Origin: Octopus sinensis
Taxonomy: Eukaryota
Assembly: GCF_006345805.1 (NCBI RefSeq)
Contig: NC_043013.1
Coordinates: 54,002,001 to 54,066,000, forward strand
DNA: 64,000 nucleotides
Direction of reading: 5' to 3'
Shown here: positions 28,017 through 40,252 of the stretch, piece after piece
How positions within the stretch are numbered: position 1 is the first letter of the stretch
Layout of the letters: the number at the start of each line of letters is the position of its first letter
The notes under the pieces: model-generated
Told to the model about the DNA's origin: nothing
What the model saw: only the letters and a program-made list of their open reading frames with translations
Database searches by the model: none
Program-made: the position numbers and the translations under genes

Positions 28017-28232
28017 ATGAATTATTGGGATTATTTTCTTTTGTTGTGATCTTCGTTTGTGTGTTAGTAACTGTTGGTGGGCCACAGCCAATTAGGATAT
28101 TATCACGATAGATTGGCTCATAGGAAGTTAGACACTGACACACATTTACATCAGAACACTTTGAGTCATTGCCAGGACAAGGCGGATCACAGTTAAGCGT
28201 GTCACCAGGATAAGTGGTTTCATCACAAGCAC
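28017..28232 (-). CDS. THSD7: THSD7-like exon, juxtamembrane Cys-rich module (phase 1-1)
   Basis: aaaaacag|GT...TCA T|gtaagt. Translates GACDETTYPGDTLNCDPPCPGNDSKCSDVNVCQCLTSYEPIY...TTKENNPNNS, with CxPPC...C...CxC spacing as in the THSD7A C-terminal region. Confidence 0.9.
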
Positions 28233-28275
28233 CTGTTTTTGGTAGAAAAGAAGAAAAAATAGATTGTTTTATAAC

Positions 28276-28545
28276 CAGTGGTGAACTGGCCAGGTTTCCA
28301 GCTTGCCCAATGGAAAGTGGGATCCTGTGCCATTAGAATCCATATATGGGGGCCCATGTTAGTATCTAAGGGACACATCCCCTCAAATTTGAGAATTTTT
28401 TATTCACTCCTGGAAGAATACATTAATTATTTCAGCCTGGCCGTGTTTGTAGACAGATGAAAAGAATACTTTTAACAAAAAAATAAAACTTAAATGATAG
28501 CATTGTAGTTGCTAGTGGGCCCCCTTAGTCTCCTGGCAACCACTG
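28276..28545. mobile_element. Old hAT-like MITE
   Basis: Termini CAGTGG/CCACTG, flanks tttataac and gctataac (6/8 TSD match) and internal GGGCCC motifs. Confidence 0.55.
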
Positions 28546-29818
28546 GCTATAACCATGAAATAAAGTGTATAAGTCTTACATGCTTTCAACATCACTTACC
28601 TTTCTCAAATTTTACAAAACTATTCACTACAATGAAGACTATTATGTCTTACTTCATTTTTGTTTCTCGTTTGCGTGATTCTTTGTGAATTTGTGTGTTG
28701 AAGCAAATTTTGTTATCTCTTGGGAGAAGCATATGGTCTTAATACCTTACCTAACACACTCACCAGTTTGATTTCCACTCATTATATATATTTTTTCTTC
28801 CAAAATTTTCATTGCTTTTGCAACCTTGTCAATGGATGTTGTAAGGAAATCTTTACATTTTCTTCATTAATGATTTGAAGCAAAATGTAAAGGAATCCAA
28901 TAATTAACTATAATATGAATAAATATTCTTTTTTTTTTACATTTCTTAAAATTTTCTCTTCTCTTGCTGTTGTTGTTGCTACTGTTTAACCTTAAGTAAA
29001 CTCTGATTGAGCAGACGAACCGGAGCAAAAGCATTTCAACCGTAACCACTCCATGTTTTAGAGATTTCTGACTCAATTTTTGGTATTTCTACAACCCTGC
29101 TCTTCTTAAGGTGATGTCAGAGTGATTTGATGAAAATGTGATTGCTATTTCTAGCAAATTGATTGAACTTGTTTGATATTTGATCGAGCTTACAGTCCCA
29201 TAGGAAGTAGGATGTGATCAAGGCTTTGGGTGGGAGCCACTAGTACCAGAATCATTTGAAGAATTAGAGAGAGTAGGGATGGCATGCAGGGCTAATTCAT
29301 TGAGAAATGGTAGGAAACTTTTTTAGGAACCATGAATTTTTCTGAAATCCTATATTCAAATGATCAAATGACTACTTCAAATATTCACTTATTAGTGATA
29401 TAGTCCATCCTACGTATGAAAAGACAGTGGCACTTTTGGAGTCTACAAATCATTCTCGCACCAACTATGTACACTTTTATATAACCACAGGTGAAAAGAA
29501 GAAAATTACAGTAATTTGATAAAAAAAAAAGAAAGAAAATGCCATTTGATCATAAAAATTACTCATGGCTTTTAAATTATTGGTTAGATTTAGCTAATAA
29601 CTTGGGAATCCTGTTTTGTGTCCAAAATATACTCCAGTGCTAGGTTCCATTAAAACTGGTGAAGTGATGATTATATTCCAATTTTATTGAGTGGTCTGTT
29701 ATGGAATTACCATTCTTCAGAATGGTAAGTCCTTCTCTTGAAGATAAAACAAAATTGCTGCATCTAACCCAAAACATGTAGAAAAAATAAAAAATAAAAT
29801 AAAAATACTGAGTCCCAC

Positions 29819-30025
29819 CTGTAACATTTAGAGAATCAGATCTTTCACACCATACATGTCTTTTTTCTTTATCCCATTTACTATATTTCCACCGGAAAGT
29901 AAAACAATTCTTTGCATGGCATGGGCGACTCTCGTAAAGTTTTGTAGGACAGAGTGTGGATCTTGCAGCAGGATAAGCCAGAATTGCTCGCGATCGACTC
30001 TGGATTCCTCGCTCATGATCTGCAA
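29819..30025 (-). CDS. THSD7: THSD7-like exon (phase 1-1; alternative in-frame acceptor would start it at 30019)
   Basis: tttcag|TTGCAG|AT...ACA G|gtggga. Translates (VA)DHERGIQSRSRAILAYP...CFTFRWKYSKWDKEKRHVWCERSDSLNVTG; the last part resembles the THSD7 'VWCxRSDGxNVTG' segment as I recall it. Confidence 0.92.
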
Positions 30026-30579
30026 CTGAAACATAAACGATGACATTAATGTTGATCAAAATATATCGCATGCTTTGGGAATAATCCATATGAACTGTTC
30101 TTTAAACATTTGAAGGTAAAAAGCACTCTTTAGCTTTGCAATATGCTCTTTCTCATCAAGAAACAAAATGTTTTAATTTATAGTTTATCATTTACTTGCT
30201 AGAACAGGTAATACTTCCATCTCAGAAGGTAATTAAGAAACTTTCAGTTATGTACGATAGTTGAAGAAATTTTTATATAAATACTTGTAAATACACTCAG
30301 CATGTTTTACCTTTCACTTGTTTCAGCCATTAAACTGTGGCTGTGCTGGGGCATCATCCTGAAGAATTTTAGTTCAACAAATCAACCCCAGTACTTTATA
30401 TTTTTTTGAAAGACTGCTTCTTATTCTGTCGATCTCATTTACCAACGCACTTAGTGATGGCATAAACACTCCAGCACTGGTTGTCAATCGGTGGTGAGGG
30501 ACAAAAACAGGTACAAAGTCACAGACACATGAGACAGGCTTCTCTTAGCTTCCTTCTACCAAATCCACTCACAAGGCTT

Positions 30580-30908
30580 TCATCATCATTGTTCGACCAT
30601 GGTCGAGACAATGGAATTTACTATGTTACACTAGACCTCACGGTCCATCATAGCATTATGGAGGTCCTGTTGCTGGATGCGTGTATCCATGGTGATTACA
30701 TCAGGGTAGGAGAGTGTACACCCTCTGGTATCACGAGCAGATGGCTTCCAGAGGAGAAGAGTAGAAATTACCTCGTTTTCAGCTCTACAACAATGTCCAG
30801 CAGACTGGAATCTTCTACTTTTCACAAGAGATGATACAGGTGGTAATTTCCCATATATTTGTACTTTGGTTGGATGGCGCTTCCACGAGAGATTTGCCCA
30901 AGATCTCA
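30580..30908 (-). mobile_element. RTE/RTE-X LINE 3' fragment nested inside a SINE
   Basis: Translates NLSWKRHPTKVQIYGKLPPVSSLVKSRRFQSAGHCCRAENE...LLLWKP and has a short (TGA)n tail. SINE halves lie on both sides (about 30310-30579 and 30909-30972). Confidence 0.75.
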
Positions 30909-31660
30909 TACATTGGGACTGAACCTTGAACCACGGAGTTGGGAAGTAAACATCTTACCACACAGCCACTTCCAGTGTTTCATAAGTTTTTTTTAAACTT
31001 TGACACATTGATGACTTGATTATCTCTTTTTGTATGAAAATTGAAACTGCACTTCTGATATTGTCTGTGGAATTTGAAACACTTTTGTTAAACATATTCC
31101 TATATCAGATATCTCTATCAACATGTCAGGTATCCTACATGGCCCATACATTTTAAAACCTTTACGTTATGCAAGAATTACTGCTATTTCAGTTTTTTAA
31201 GAATTACTCAATGAAATAGAAATGCCTATCACTAGCACAGCTAGGTGAGGCAGTAGGGATGTTCTGCCCCAGGTGGCACTTTTAAAGGACCTCCACTTTG
31301 GGGTCTGCTGTAGGCAGTATGTGTTTTTTTGTGGGATCCTGGGGCAGCAAATGGAAGGGCTGCTCCAGATGGCACACACACTAGCTGCACTAGTGATGCA
31401 TATATATTTTTGTATACTTATTACTCATTCCGAGGCAGTTGCTGAAACCACCTTTTATATAAAACATTAAAAAATAACAAAAATAATGATTTTTTTTAAA
31501 GAAAATCTGTAGCAATACAGCATAATTTTATAGAGAGAGGAGGAGGTTCTTTGTAATAACAGTGTAGCACAAAACGCAGCTCTAAGCTGAAACAAGCAAA
31601 AAAAAATGTATATATGTATATGTATATATGTAGTTGTATATATGTATATATGTATATATG

Positions 31661-31719
<59 letters not shown>

Positions 31720-32087
31720 GTTTATATATTTGTTGTGCAAGATTTTATTGGCTAAACTGGCAAAATGACCATTCCGAAATATAACAATATGTATATACAT
31801 AGTTGTATATATATATATATATGTATATATATATGTATATATTAATTCTACAAAATTAGAAAATGGAGAAACATACTTAAATCAATCAAACATCAACCAA
31901 CAGATGATACCCAATCAATACTTAATTACACCATTACAAAACAGTAAAGGCATTATACATAATATATTGTAAATATAATTAGACAAGGAAATATAAATAT
32001 AAAATATAAAATATAATATGTAATTATATCATATCTGGTATATATATATATATATATGCATGTATATATGTATGTATATATGTATAT

Positions 32088-32950
32088 GTTAGTTAGTTAG
32101 TTAATTCTTTGGCTCAAAAAGCAAAAAGCAAGGCCATGTAGGGGACATGGAGTCATGTACAGGGTGGTGTTCAGGTAAAGAGTTCAGGCCACTTGTGGTC
32201 AAGGGAGACTTTGAACCAAGCGGTTGTCGGCATCTTCACCATCTCGTCCGGCAGCTTATTCCACAGATCCGCAACCCAGATGGAGAAAGCCCTCTCCTTC
32301 CATTGAGATGAAATCCTCGCAGATAGAGCTTTTCGGAGTGACCCCACAGCCGACGCTCTGGAGCAGGAGTGAAGAACAGCTCTTTCGAGAGGTTACACTT
32401 TCCGCTTATGATGTTGTGAGCAAGAATGGGATCACCACGGCGGCGGCGTTTTTCTAGAGAATAAAGGTCGAGCGTCTTCAGCCTTTCTTCATAAAACATT
32501 CTTGAGACCAAGAACCATGCGGGTAGCCAGCTTCTGGACTCTTTTGAGATGCTGTATGTCTTTGAGGAGATAAGGAGAAGAGGCTTGAATCCCGTACACC
32601 AATATGGGTCTCACCAGCGTGACATAGAGCGGTAAGAATATGGCTGCTGTGAGCTTTCCGAATGACCGTCAAATCAAGAACAGAGCTCCGCATGCTTTAT
32701 TGGCAGCATGGACGCACTGGGCCGAAGGCGAAAAGGAGGAATCCACCAAGATACCCAGGTCCTTTACCGGATCGGTCCTCTCCAGCAGCAGACGACCTGG
32801 CTCGAAATCAAGTTGAGTTGCAGGAGGAGAGCCAACAGTCAGATGACAGCACTTTGACACATTCAGACACAGGTCCCATTCGTTAGACCGTCTCCAAATT
32901 TGGTGGAGGCATCAACGAAGATACTCTATATCACCGCAAGGAGCAACCAG
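32088..32950 (-). mobile_element. CR1-group LINE 3' fragment
   Basis: Contains KDLGILVDS and YEERLKTLDLYSLEKRRRRGD, with frameshifts and a (TAAC)n tail. Confidence 0.88.
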
Positions 32951-32954
32951 TTTG

Positions 32955-33420
<466 letters not shown>

Positions 33421-33522
33421 AATAACAGGAAGCTTTATGAAAATAGACAAAAGACGAAGGCAGGTGGAAAACAAACAAACAATTGTATTAGTATGGCGCT
33501 CAGGAAATATAAATAAAACAAG

Positions 33523-33560
33523 TCTTTAACGTTTCGAGCCTACGCTCTTCAACAGAAAGA
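33523..33560 (-). ncRNA. Hammerhead-like motif in the PLE 3' end (core variant CUGUUGA)
   Basis: TCTTT CTGTTGA A GAGC-GTAG-GCTC GAAA CG TT AAAGA has the layout of minimal PLE hammerheads, but the conserved A6 is U. Confidence 0.7.
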
Positions 33561-33728
33561 TACACAGAGAGAAAAAAAACACAGAAAGAAGGAGAGAAAA
33601 AAATGTGTGCAGTAACTAACGAATCAACATGGCGATCTGATTTCGGCCAGAGGTCAAAGATCAAACATGAGACGTGAGAGCGAAATAAGGGGAGATAATA
33701 GGGTTGATAATAGGGTTGAATGACCAGC

Positions 33729-34072
33729 TATTAGTGCGTAGGAGGGGTCTGGACGTGTGTATGTATAGGGTTGGTGTATATATTAGTATGTATTAGTATG
33801 TATAAGGGTGTGTGTGTGTGTGTGTATGAGAGAGTATTAGTGCGTAGGATAGGTCTGGACGTGCGTATGTATGGGGTTGGTGTATGTATTAGTATGTATT
33901 AGTATGTATTAGTACGTATTAGTATGTATAAGTGTGTGTGTGTGTGTATGAGAGAGTATAAGTGCGTATGAGGGGTCTGGACGTGTGTATGTATAGGGTT
34001 GGTGTATGTATTAGTATGTATTAGTATGTATTAGTACGTATTAGTATGTATTAGTTGGTGTATGTATTAGTA
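33729..34072. repeat. About 3 copies of a ~105-120-bp tandem unit in the PLE 3' region
   Basis: tattagtgcgtaggaggggtctggacgtgtgtatgtatagggttggtg...(tattagtatg)n recurs at about 33729, 33835 and 33956. Confidence 0.85.
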
Positions 34073-34079
34073 TGGCACA

Positions 34080-35543
34080 TCATATATGATGTGATGTGTA
34101 AAGTCGTGTGGTGTAGTGAGGAGAAGAGGGGGGAGAAGGGGAGGGGAAGAGGAGGGGGAGGAGAGGAGGGGGGAGAGAGAGGAGGGGGAGAAGGAAGGGG
34201 AGGAGGAGGGGGAGGAAGGAGGAAAGAGGGAGAGGGGGAGAGAGAAGGGGAGTGAGGGAGCAGAGGGAAGGGGAAGAGGGAAGGAGGGAGGGAGAAAGAG
34301 GGAAGAAGGGAAGGGGAGTAGGGGTGAAAGGATGAAGGACTGAAGAAGTAGGGGTCGGGGGGAAAGGATAGGTGAGGAGGGGGGAGAGGGGGTTAGATGA
34401 GGAGGGGGGAGAGTTGAGACCAAATGGCGTATAAGAGCGAAGAGAGAAGATTAATTCCTGTTCACTGCGCAAACGGGAATCCGGATGGCCTCTGTGTAAG
34501 GACAAACCGAACACAGATAGGTGTTGCAAGGAGTGACCGGTGGAGCGGAAATGGTGTGAGACCGGTGTGTCGTTCGCAAGGTGGATGTCACGAAGGTGTT
34601 CCACGAACCGGTCAGCCAAGCAGCGTCCCGTTTGTCCGATGTACAAGGAATTGCAGAGAGAGCAAGAGACGCAATAGATAATATTGCTGGAGGTGCAGGT
34701 GAAGGAGTGGATGATGGGATAGGGTCGATGGTGGGTGCTAGTGAGGCGGGTGGTGTTAGAGAGGTAAGGGCAAGTGCGGCAACGTGGGCGGGAGCAGGGG
34801 AACGAGCCGGGTTGGGAGGTAGTGTCAGGGAAGGAGCTATGGACCAAAAGGTCTCGAAGGTTGTGGGCTCGTTTGAAAGAGGGGAGGGGTCGGTTAGGGA
34901 AGAGGTGTGAAGTGGACGGGTCGGATTGGAGATGACGGAAAGCTCGAAGAATGGTGCGTTGGAGACGTAGGGTCGTGGGGTGGTAAGTGAGGGGAAACGG
35001 GAGGCGGGAGACTACAGGGCGGGTTCGGGGAGAGAGAGCAGATACACGGTCCACGGACCGTGCTCTGGCAAGGGCGGTGTGGATAGTGGTGAGGGGGTAT
35101 CCACGTAGGGTGAAGTGGTGAGCCATTCGTTGAGACTGAGTCTCAAAGTCATGGTCGTCACTACAGAGCCTACGTAGACGGAGGAATTGGGAATAGGGGA
35201 TGGAAAGCTTGGTGTGTTCTGGGTGGGAGGAAGAGAAGTTGAGGTATGAGTGTGAGTCTGTGTGTTTGTAGTGAATGGAGGTGGTAAGAGTGGAGTGAAG
35301 AATGCTAACCGAAATGTCGAGGAAGGAGACAGAGGTGTTGGAGATAGTGGAAGTGAAGTGGAGGGCTGGATGGAAAGATTGGACGAAAGAGAGGAAGGAA
35401 TCTAGATGTTCACGGGAGAGTGAGGTGGCACCGATAATGTCGTCAATGTAACGACCATATAGTTCAGGAGTGGGACCAGTGAAATTAGAGAATATTTGGG
35501 CCTCAACATAGCCAACGAACAGGTTCGCATAGTTGGGGCCCAT
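34080..35543 (-). CDS. Penelope-like RT (C-terminal half), thumb, Cys linker and GIY-YIG endonuclease; N-terminally truncated
   Basis: Motifs MGPNYANLF (RT motif B), YGRYIDDI (motif C), FLDISV, YKHTDSHSYL, SIPYSQFLRLRRLCS, CSRPRCRTC, IIYCVSC..C..LYIGQTGR..RFVEH and GLN. The frame is uninterrupted. Confidence 0.93.
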   Translation of the reverse strand: MGPNYANLFVGYVEAQIFSNFTGPTPELYGRYIDDIIGATSLSREHLDSFLSFVQSFHPALHFTSTISNTSVSFLDISVSILHSTLTTSIHYKHTDSHSYLNFSSSHPEHTKLSIPYSQFLRLRRLCSDDHDFETQSQRMAHHFTLRGYPLTTIHTALARARSVDRVSALSPRTRPVVSRLPFPLTYHPTTLRLQRTILRAFRHLQSDPSTSHLFPNRPLPSFKRAHNLRDLLVHSSFPDTTSQPGSFPCSRPRCRTCPYLSNTTRLTSTHHRPYPIIHSFTCTSSNIIYCVSCSLCNSLYIGQTGRCLADRFVEHLRDIHLANDTPVSHHFRSTGHSLQHLSVFGLSLHRGHPDSRLRSEQELIFSLRSYTPFGLNSPPSSSNPLSPLLTYPFPPTPTSSVLHPFTPTPLPFFPLSPSLLPSSPSLCSLTPLLSPPLPLSSFLPLLLPFLLPLLSLPPPLLPLLFPSPSPPSSPHYTTRLYTSHHI

Positions 35544-35777
35544 TCGCGTTGTATGTATATATATATATAATATGTATGTATATATATATATATTTATAAT
35601 GGTATGTATATAGCATATATGTGGTGTGTGTGATATGTATATATGTATGTATAATATATATATCCATATAGTATCATATATAGTAGTATAATATATGTAT
35701 AATATATATGTAATATATATGTATATGTATATATATATGGCATACGTATATATAATTTATATATGTATATATATACA

Positions 35778-36042
35778 TTCGTTCCGAGTTCGTCGCCATG
35801 CTGCTGGACTTTGTAGGTACATAAAAAGCACCATTTGGGCATGGCCATTGCTATCCAAGATTGGCCCTCATGCCGGTGGCACGTAAAAGCACCCACTGCA
35901 TTCTCATTGTGGTTGGCATTAGGAAGGGCATCCAGTTGTAGAAACTCTTCCAGATCAGATTGGAGTTTTGTTCGCCAGACTTCAGTCAAATCATCCAACC
36001 CATGCTAGCATGGAAAGCGGACATTATGATGATGATGATGAT
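35778..36042 (+). mobile_element. (GAT)n-tailed retroposon, family C (RTE-like 3' end)
   Basis: gtggttggcattaggaagggcatccag...ccaacccatgctagcatggaaa followed by (gat)n. Other copies lie at about 608-992(-), 26097-26315, 49680-49935, 52140-52350(-) and 58153-58440(-). Confidence 0.75.
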
Positions 36043-36057
36043 GTATGTATAAATACA

Positions 36058-36119
<62 letters not shown>

Positions 36120-36686
36120 TATATATTTCGTCTTTACACAACTGGGACAATTTTTCAAATACAGGATTGGGATTGATCAAATTTTATTTCTTTATAATCA
36201 AGATTATTTTAAAATATTTCCTTTAGAAAAGAAACCCAAACTCTTTACAACTCGATGATAATCAAATTTGTTGTATAGAAAACTTTTTTCAGTTAAGATC
36301 TTCCTGGTATCTGTGAGAAGCTTTGAGAACACAATTCCTTTGTCTGATGAAGACTGGTCATGAGAGGAGTTAAATATTACAGTGAGTTGCCTCACAAAAT
36401 AAAAAACAACAACAAAAAAGTAAAAATAAAATGGCAGTATGCTTACAGTAATGCTTCTGAGAATGGATAATCTCTTAAGAATTAATATGTAGACATATCA
36501 AGTGTGTATCTTTTACTGATGCATAAGGCAATGTCTTGGATAGTTTTCCCTAACAGAATTACACTTACAATGAAACCCTTCTATTAGTCCTGCATAGATA
36601 TGACTATATATGCTTGTAAGCTCAAATATGTTCATCACACATGAATAGACAGGCTGCCATGCAATAAAACTACAAAATCAGCTTAC

Positions 36687-36783
36687 CTCCTTTGTCCCGA
36701 CAGTTTAAGTAACATGCACTCCATTCACTCCATTCCGTTAGAACACACTCTCCAGGGCATCCGATATAGCATGATCGTTTAGT
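36687..36783 (-). CDS. THSD7: THSD7-like exon (phase 0-1; absent from the ORF track)
   Basis: tttttcatcttctaaag|ACT...GGA G|gtaagc. Translates TKRSCYIGCPGECVLTEWSEWSACYLNCRDKG. Confidence 0.92.
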
Positions 36784-37017
36784 CTTTAGAAGATGAAAAA
36801 AAAAGATAGAATCATATTTAGTTTTGGTAGGCTTGGTGTTTGGACGCCTTTATAAACTTATTTGAGTTAAACAGGTTCCTTTATTCTAATACATAAAATT
36901 CTGGATATGGAAGCAAAGATAACATTAATGTATTAGATATGAGTATGTGTGTATGCATACATCATGTGTGGGTATGTGCATGCACACACACACAAACACA
37001 TATATTTGTGCTTATAT

Positions 37018-37693
37018 TTATTACCTCCACCAAGGAAGCAGGTTATGTTTACATTGGCGTTAGTTTGTCCGTCTGTGTGCAAAATAACTCAAAAGTTGTG
37101 AACAGTATTTGATGAAACTTGCAGGAAACGTTGGTAATGGCACAAGAAACAGATGATGAAATTTTGGTAGTGATCCAGGAATTTTTATGGATTCTTGAAG
37201 GATTTTTCATTTGTTGTATTTACATGAAGTATTACAATGTTACGTTCTTTGATTATTTCCCTTGAAAACTCGTTCATCGTTTCCACTTAACCTATGGTGG
37301 TGTTGCTGTTTCCAAAGTTTATTTTCATTTCTCTATTAGTAATTTTACTCGTGTATCTATCTTAAAATGAGCTGCTTGGCAGAGGTCTGCAGAGGATGAC
37401 ATGACAAGCCTTGACTATTGGGATCGACTAAAAAATCTCAGGCTTTGATCACTCCACCGCTGCTGTGAAACTAGCTTGTTATTGTCACTGATGTATTATA
37501 ACTGCTTCAGATGATTCCTGTTTTTAAAGGGTTTTTAAAATCATTTGGCTGTGTTATTTTTTTTTAACCCTGCCAAGGAAGTTATGTTTTTGTCAGCGTT
37601 TGTTTGGGAAATTGGGCGATTTTCAGCATGCATGTATATGGGTGGATATGAGCTGCTTGGCAGAGGTCTGTGCTCTCCGAGTGCTTTTCTAGT
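37018..37693 (+). mobile_element. Two Helentron-associated (HINE/DINE-like) elements, about 37018-37391 and 37560-37693
   Basis: Subterminal inverted repeats ctccaccaag/cttggcagag, a short gtctgt tract, and a 3' stem-loop gtgctctccgagtgc followed by ttttctagtt. Confidence 0.6.
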
Positions 37694-38592
37694 TGACATA
37701 TATGATTAAATATCTATATGTAGTTGTGACAAAAAACATCTATCATGGTTCCTAATATATATTATAATACTGGTGAAGCTTGTTTCCTTTTCCTTTTGTG
37801 TAAGAGGGGCAGTATTTTCTGGCAGAGTTTCTCTCTCTCTCGCTCTCTGCTGTGTACTAACAGCAGATATTATAGGCAGAAGGAATTAGTAAAAAGATAT
37901 TATTCAACCAATAATAGAATCTGCATTGCCACCAATATACAGCTATCATACTGTTTTCTCTACCTTACTACTAATATCTAGCTGTGACAGTAGCTTCTCT
38001 AAGGTAGCAGAGTCAACTGGTACATCAGTCTTAACTGTATTCTTCATGCCTACATTATCTTACTCTACCAAACTTGGCATTAAAAACTGTGTGGAACATT
38101 CTGTTGCAAGAGTTCTGACCAGACTTCTCAGGTTGAAGTTAATGCATTCCACTTAGGTAACTTCCAACTGCTCACAAAGGAGAAGTCACAAAAATGCTTT
38201 CCCAGTGATATCTGTTACCAGACAGGGTCAAGTCCTGCTTAAGTTAGGACCTGTTCAATTGTGAGTGTATTCATGATAATCTTTAAATGTACATATTTTT
38301 ACCTACACATATATATGGTACACAGATAGTGCAATAAAATATGATTTAAATATTCATCAAATAAATTGTTCTGAAGTTATTGATTGAAAAGATAAAAGAT
38401 TAATAACAAATTTGTACTAAATTAAAACCAGTGTATGTTGTTTTTATGTTTATAGTTATTTTATGCATCGTAAGAGAAGGTTATGTAAGTGATCCTTCAC
38501 AATTTTAAAGTTAGTTAAAAATAAAACTATTTAAACAAATTTAAAGTTATTCAGAATTCAAAGAATTATAAAAGAGAAAACGTTTCTGCTAC

Positions 38593-38706
38593 CTTAATTG
38601 CAGCTATGCTCCGGTTGGCCTTACAAAACGAATCGTCAACTTGTGTTTTGCCTTCTCCTGTACATGTAATATTCCTTATTTGCACCCCGTGTCCACAAAC
38701 TCCTTT
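38593..38706 (-). CDS. THSD7: THSD7-like exon (phase 0-0; absent from the ORF track)
   Basis: ttcttcatttaag|AAA...AAG|gtagca. Translates KGVCGHGVQIRNITCTGEGKTQVDDSFCKANRSIAAIK, matching the CGxGxQxRxxxC TSP1 pattern. Confidence 0.9.
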
Positions 38707-39572
38707 CTTAAATGAAGAAAAACAACACACTTTAGCGATATGATAGGAAAAATAAAACTGAAATGAGAGATATTTTGAGGAAATTTTCCTATTTTAATGT
38801 ATAATGGAAATTTAATAACCAAATTTGTTTCAATCATTTGTATAAATTTTTAAATCTGAAGAGATATTTAATGAAAGTATAACCTTAAGTAATTAATACA
38901 TTGTTATGTCTTTCAACTCAAGTAATTTCCTTTTGTCTTCAATTAACTCTTTATAATAAAGAATTTGTAGGCAAAGATGTGTAAAAGTAATGAAAAAATG
39001 ATTGAGAAAAATAGTATGTGAATTTAGTAATTTTCTTATAAGAATGAAACATAAACTCCAGTAACATTACTTTATAGCTGTAATTCTAATATTTTAAGGT
39101 ATTTAGCTGTCTGTTGTCAGAATTTAATGATTTCTAATGAAGATATATTATTTTGTGAAGTAGTATAGCTAATTTTAAAATAGACAGTAAACATGGCTGC
39201 AACACTAGAATCAGGCTGTTTTGCTTATTTTATTTGCATACATTTCTATTGTGAACTTAAATCCTACTGGGATTTGGTTATATATATTTCATTTCCCTGG
39301 TATTGATAAAATAAGTATTAGTATTATATTGCAATATATTCAATAAAAGTTAGTCTTTTGCTCTAGGAGATATTTAATAATATAATTCAGTGAGAAATTG
39401 GCTCATAATGATAATAAAATTGAGATAAAGAGATAAAGGATTGAAAAGTTGCTTGAATACAAGATAAAAATAAAATTTGATAAGACATAATACAGAACTG
39501 TCCATTTTGAAAGTCAAAATTCAGTGTTGTAAAAAGAAGGCAAAAAACTGTCTGTCTAATAAAGGTTTTTAC

Positions 39573-39718
39573 CTCAGTAAAGCATTCGGTCCAATTTGTA
39601 ACATCCCATCTAAAACAACCACGTAATACACAGGGCTTCCTTTGAGTAAGCTGACTGGAACATGGCCTGCCATACCCAACTGCTTTCTTTAGAACATACC
39701 TTTGTCGCTGTGATGTAC
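39573..39718 (-). CDS. THSD7: THSD7-like exon (phase 1-0)
   Basis: atgttcag|GT...GAG|gtaaaa. Translates (G)TSQRQRYVLKKAVGYGRPCSSQLTQRKPCVLRGCFRWDVTNWTECFTE, completing the TSP1 repeat begun in the 54.2-kb exon. Confidence 0.93.
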
Positions 39719-40202
39719 CTGAACATATTAACAAATGAAAGAATGTGTGTAACAGAGATTTCTTTGTATAGTTAAAAATATTATTGCACTTGATAAATAA
39801 AATGTTAGAAAAAGCAATTAATACAAGAAAGTAGGTAAAATTTTGTAAACCAAACCAATATAGTCAAAACCTGTTAGCAGATTGTTATCTCACATAATCA
39901 TCCACCCTTGATTTAGATTCTAGTGTGTTTACAATGAAAAGCTTGCTAGATTATCTGTTTCTTCATTTTACCTGTTTTTCTATGCTATCATTGGTTGGAT
40001 GTGTACTAATTTGAGGCAGTTGGTTTTACAATTTGATGCTCTTCCTACTGCCAGCCTTTTCTTGTTTTTACAAGAGATTTTTATATTCCTTTGAGAGTGC
40101 AGAAGCTACAGGATGTAATGATCATCAGGGATATAAATATAGCAGCACTTTTTTTACATTCACACTATCTCACCTGAGAAGTGGACATGACGACTTGCAT
40201 GC

Positions 40203-40252
<50 letters not shown>

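Larger units (their letters stand above)
33421..35552 (-). mobile_element. 5'-truncated Penelope-like retroelement (Neptune-type) inserted in (TA)n
   Basis: The RT/GIY-YIG ORF is followed by a pyrimidine-rich tract, tandem repeats and a 3' pLTR-like segment with a hammerhead-like motif. Both flanks are TA microsatellite. Confidence 0.92.

Noticed and set aside
34424-34910. Plus-strand ORFs of 85 and 109 aa
   Set aside because: They are antisense shadows of the GC-rich Penelope ORF.
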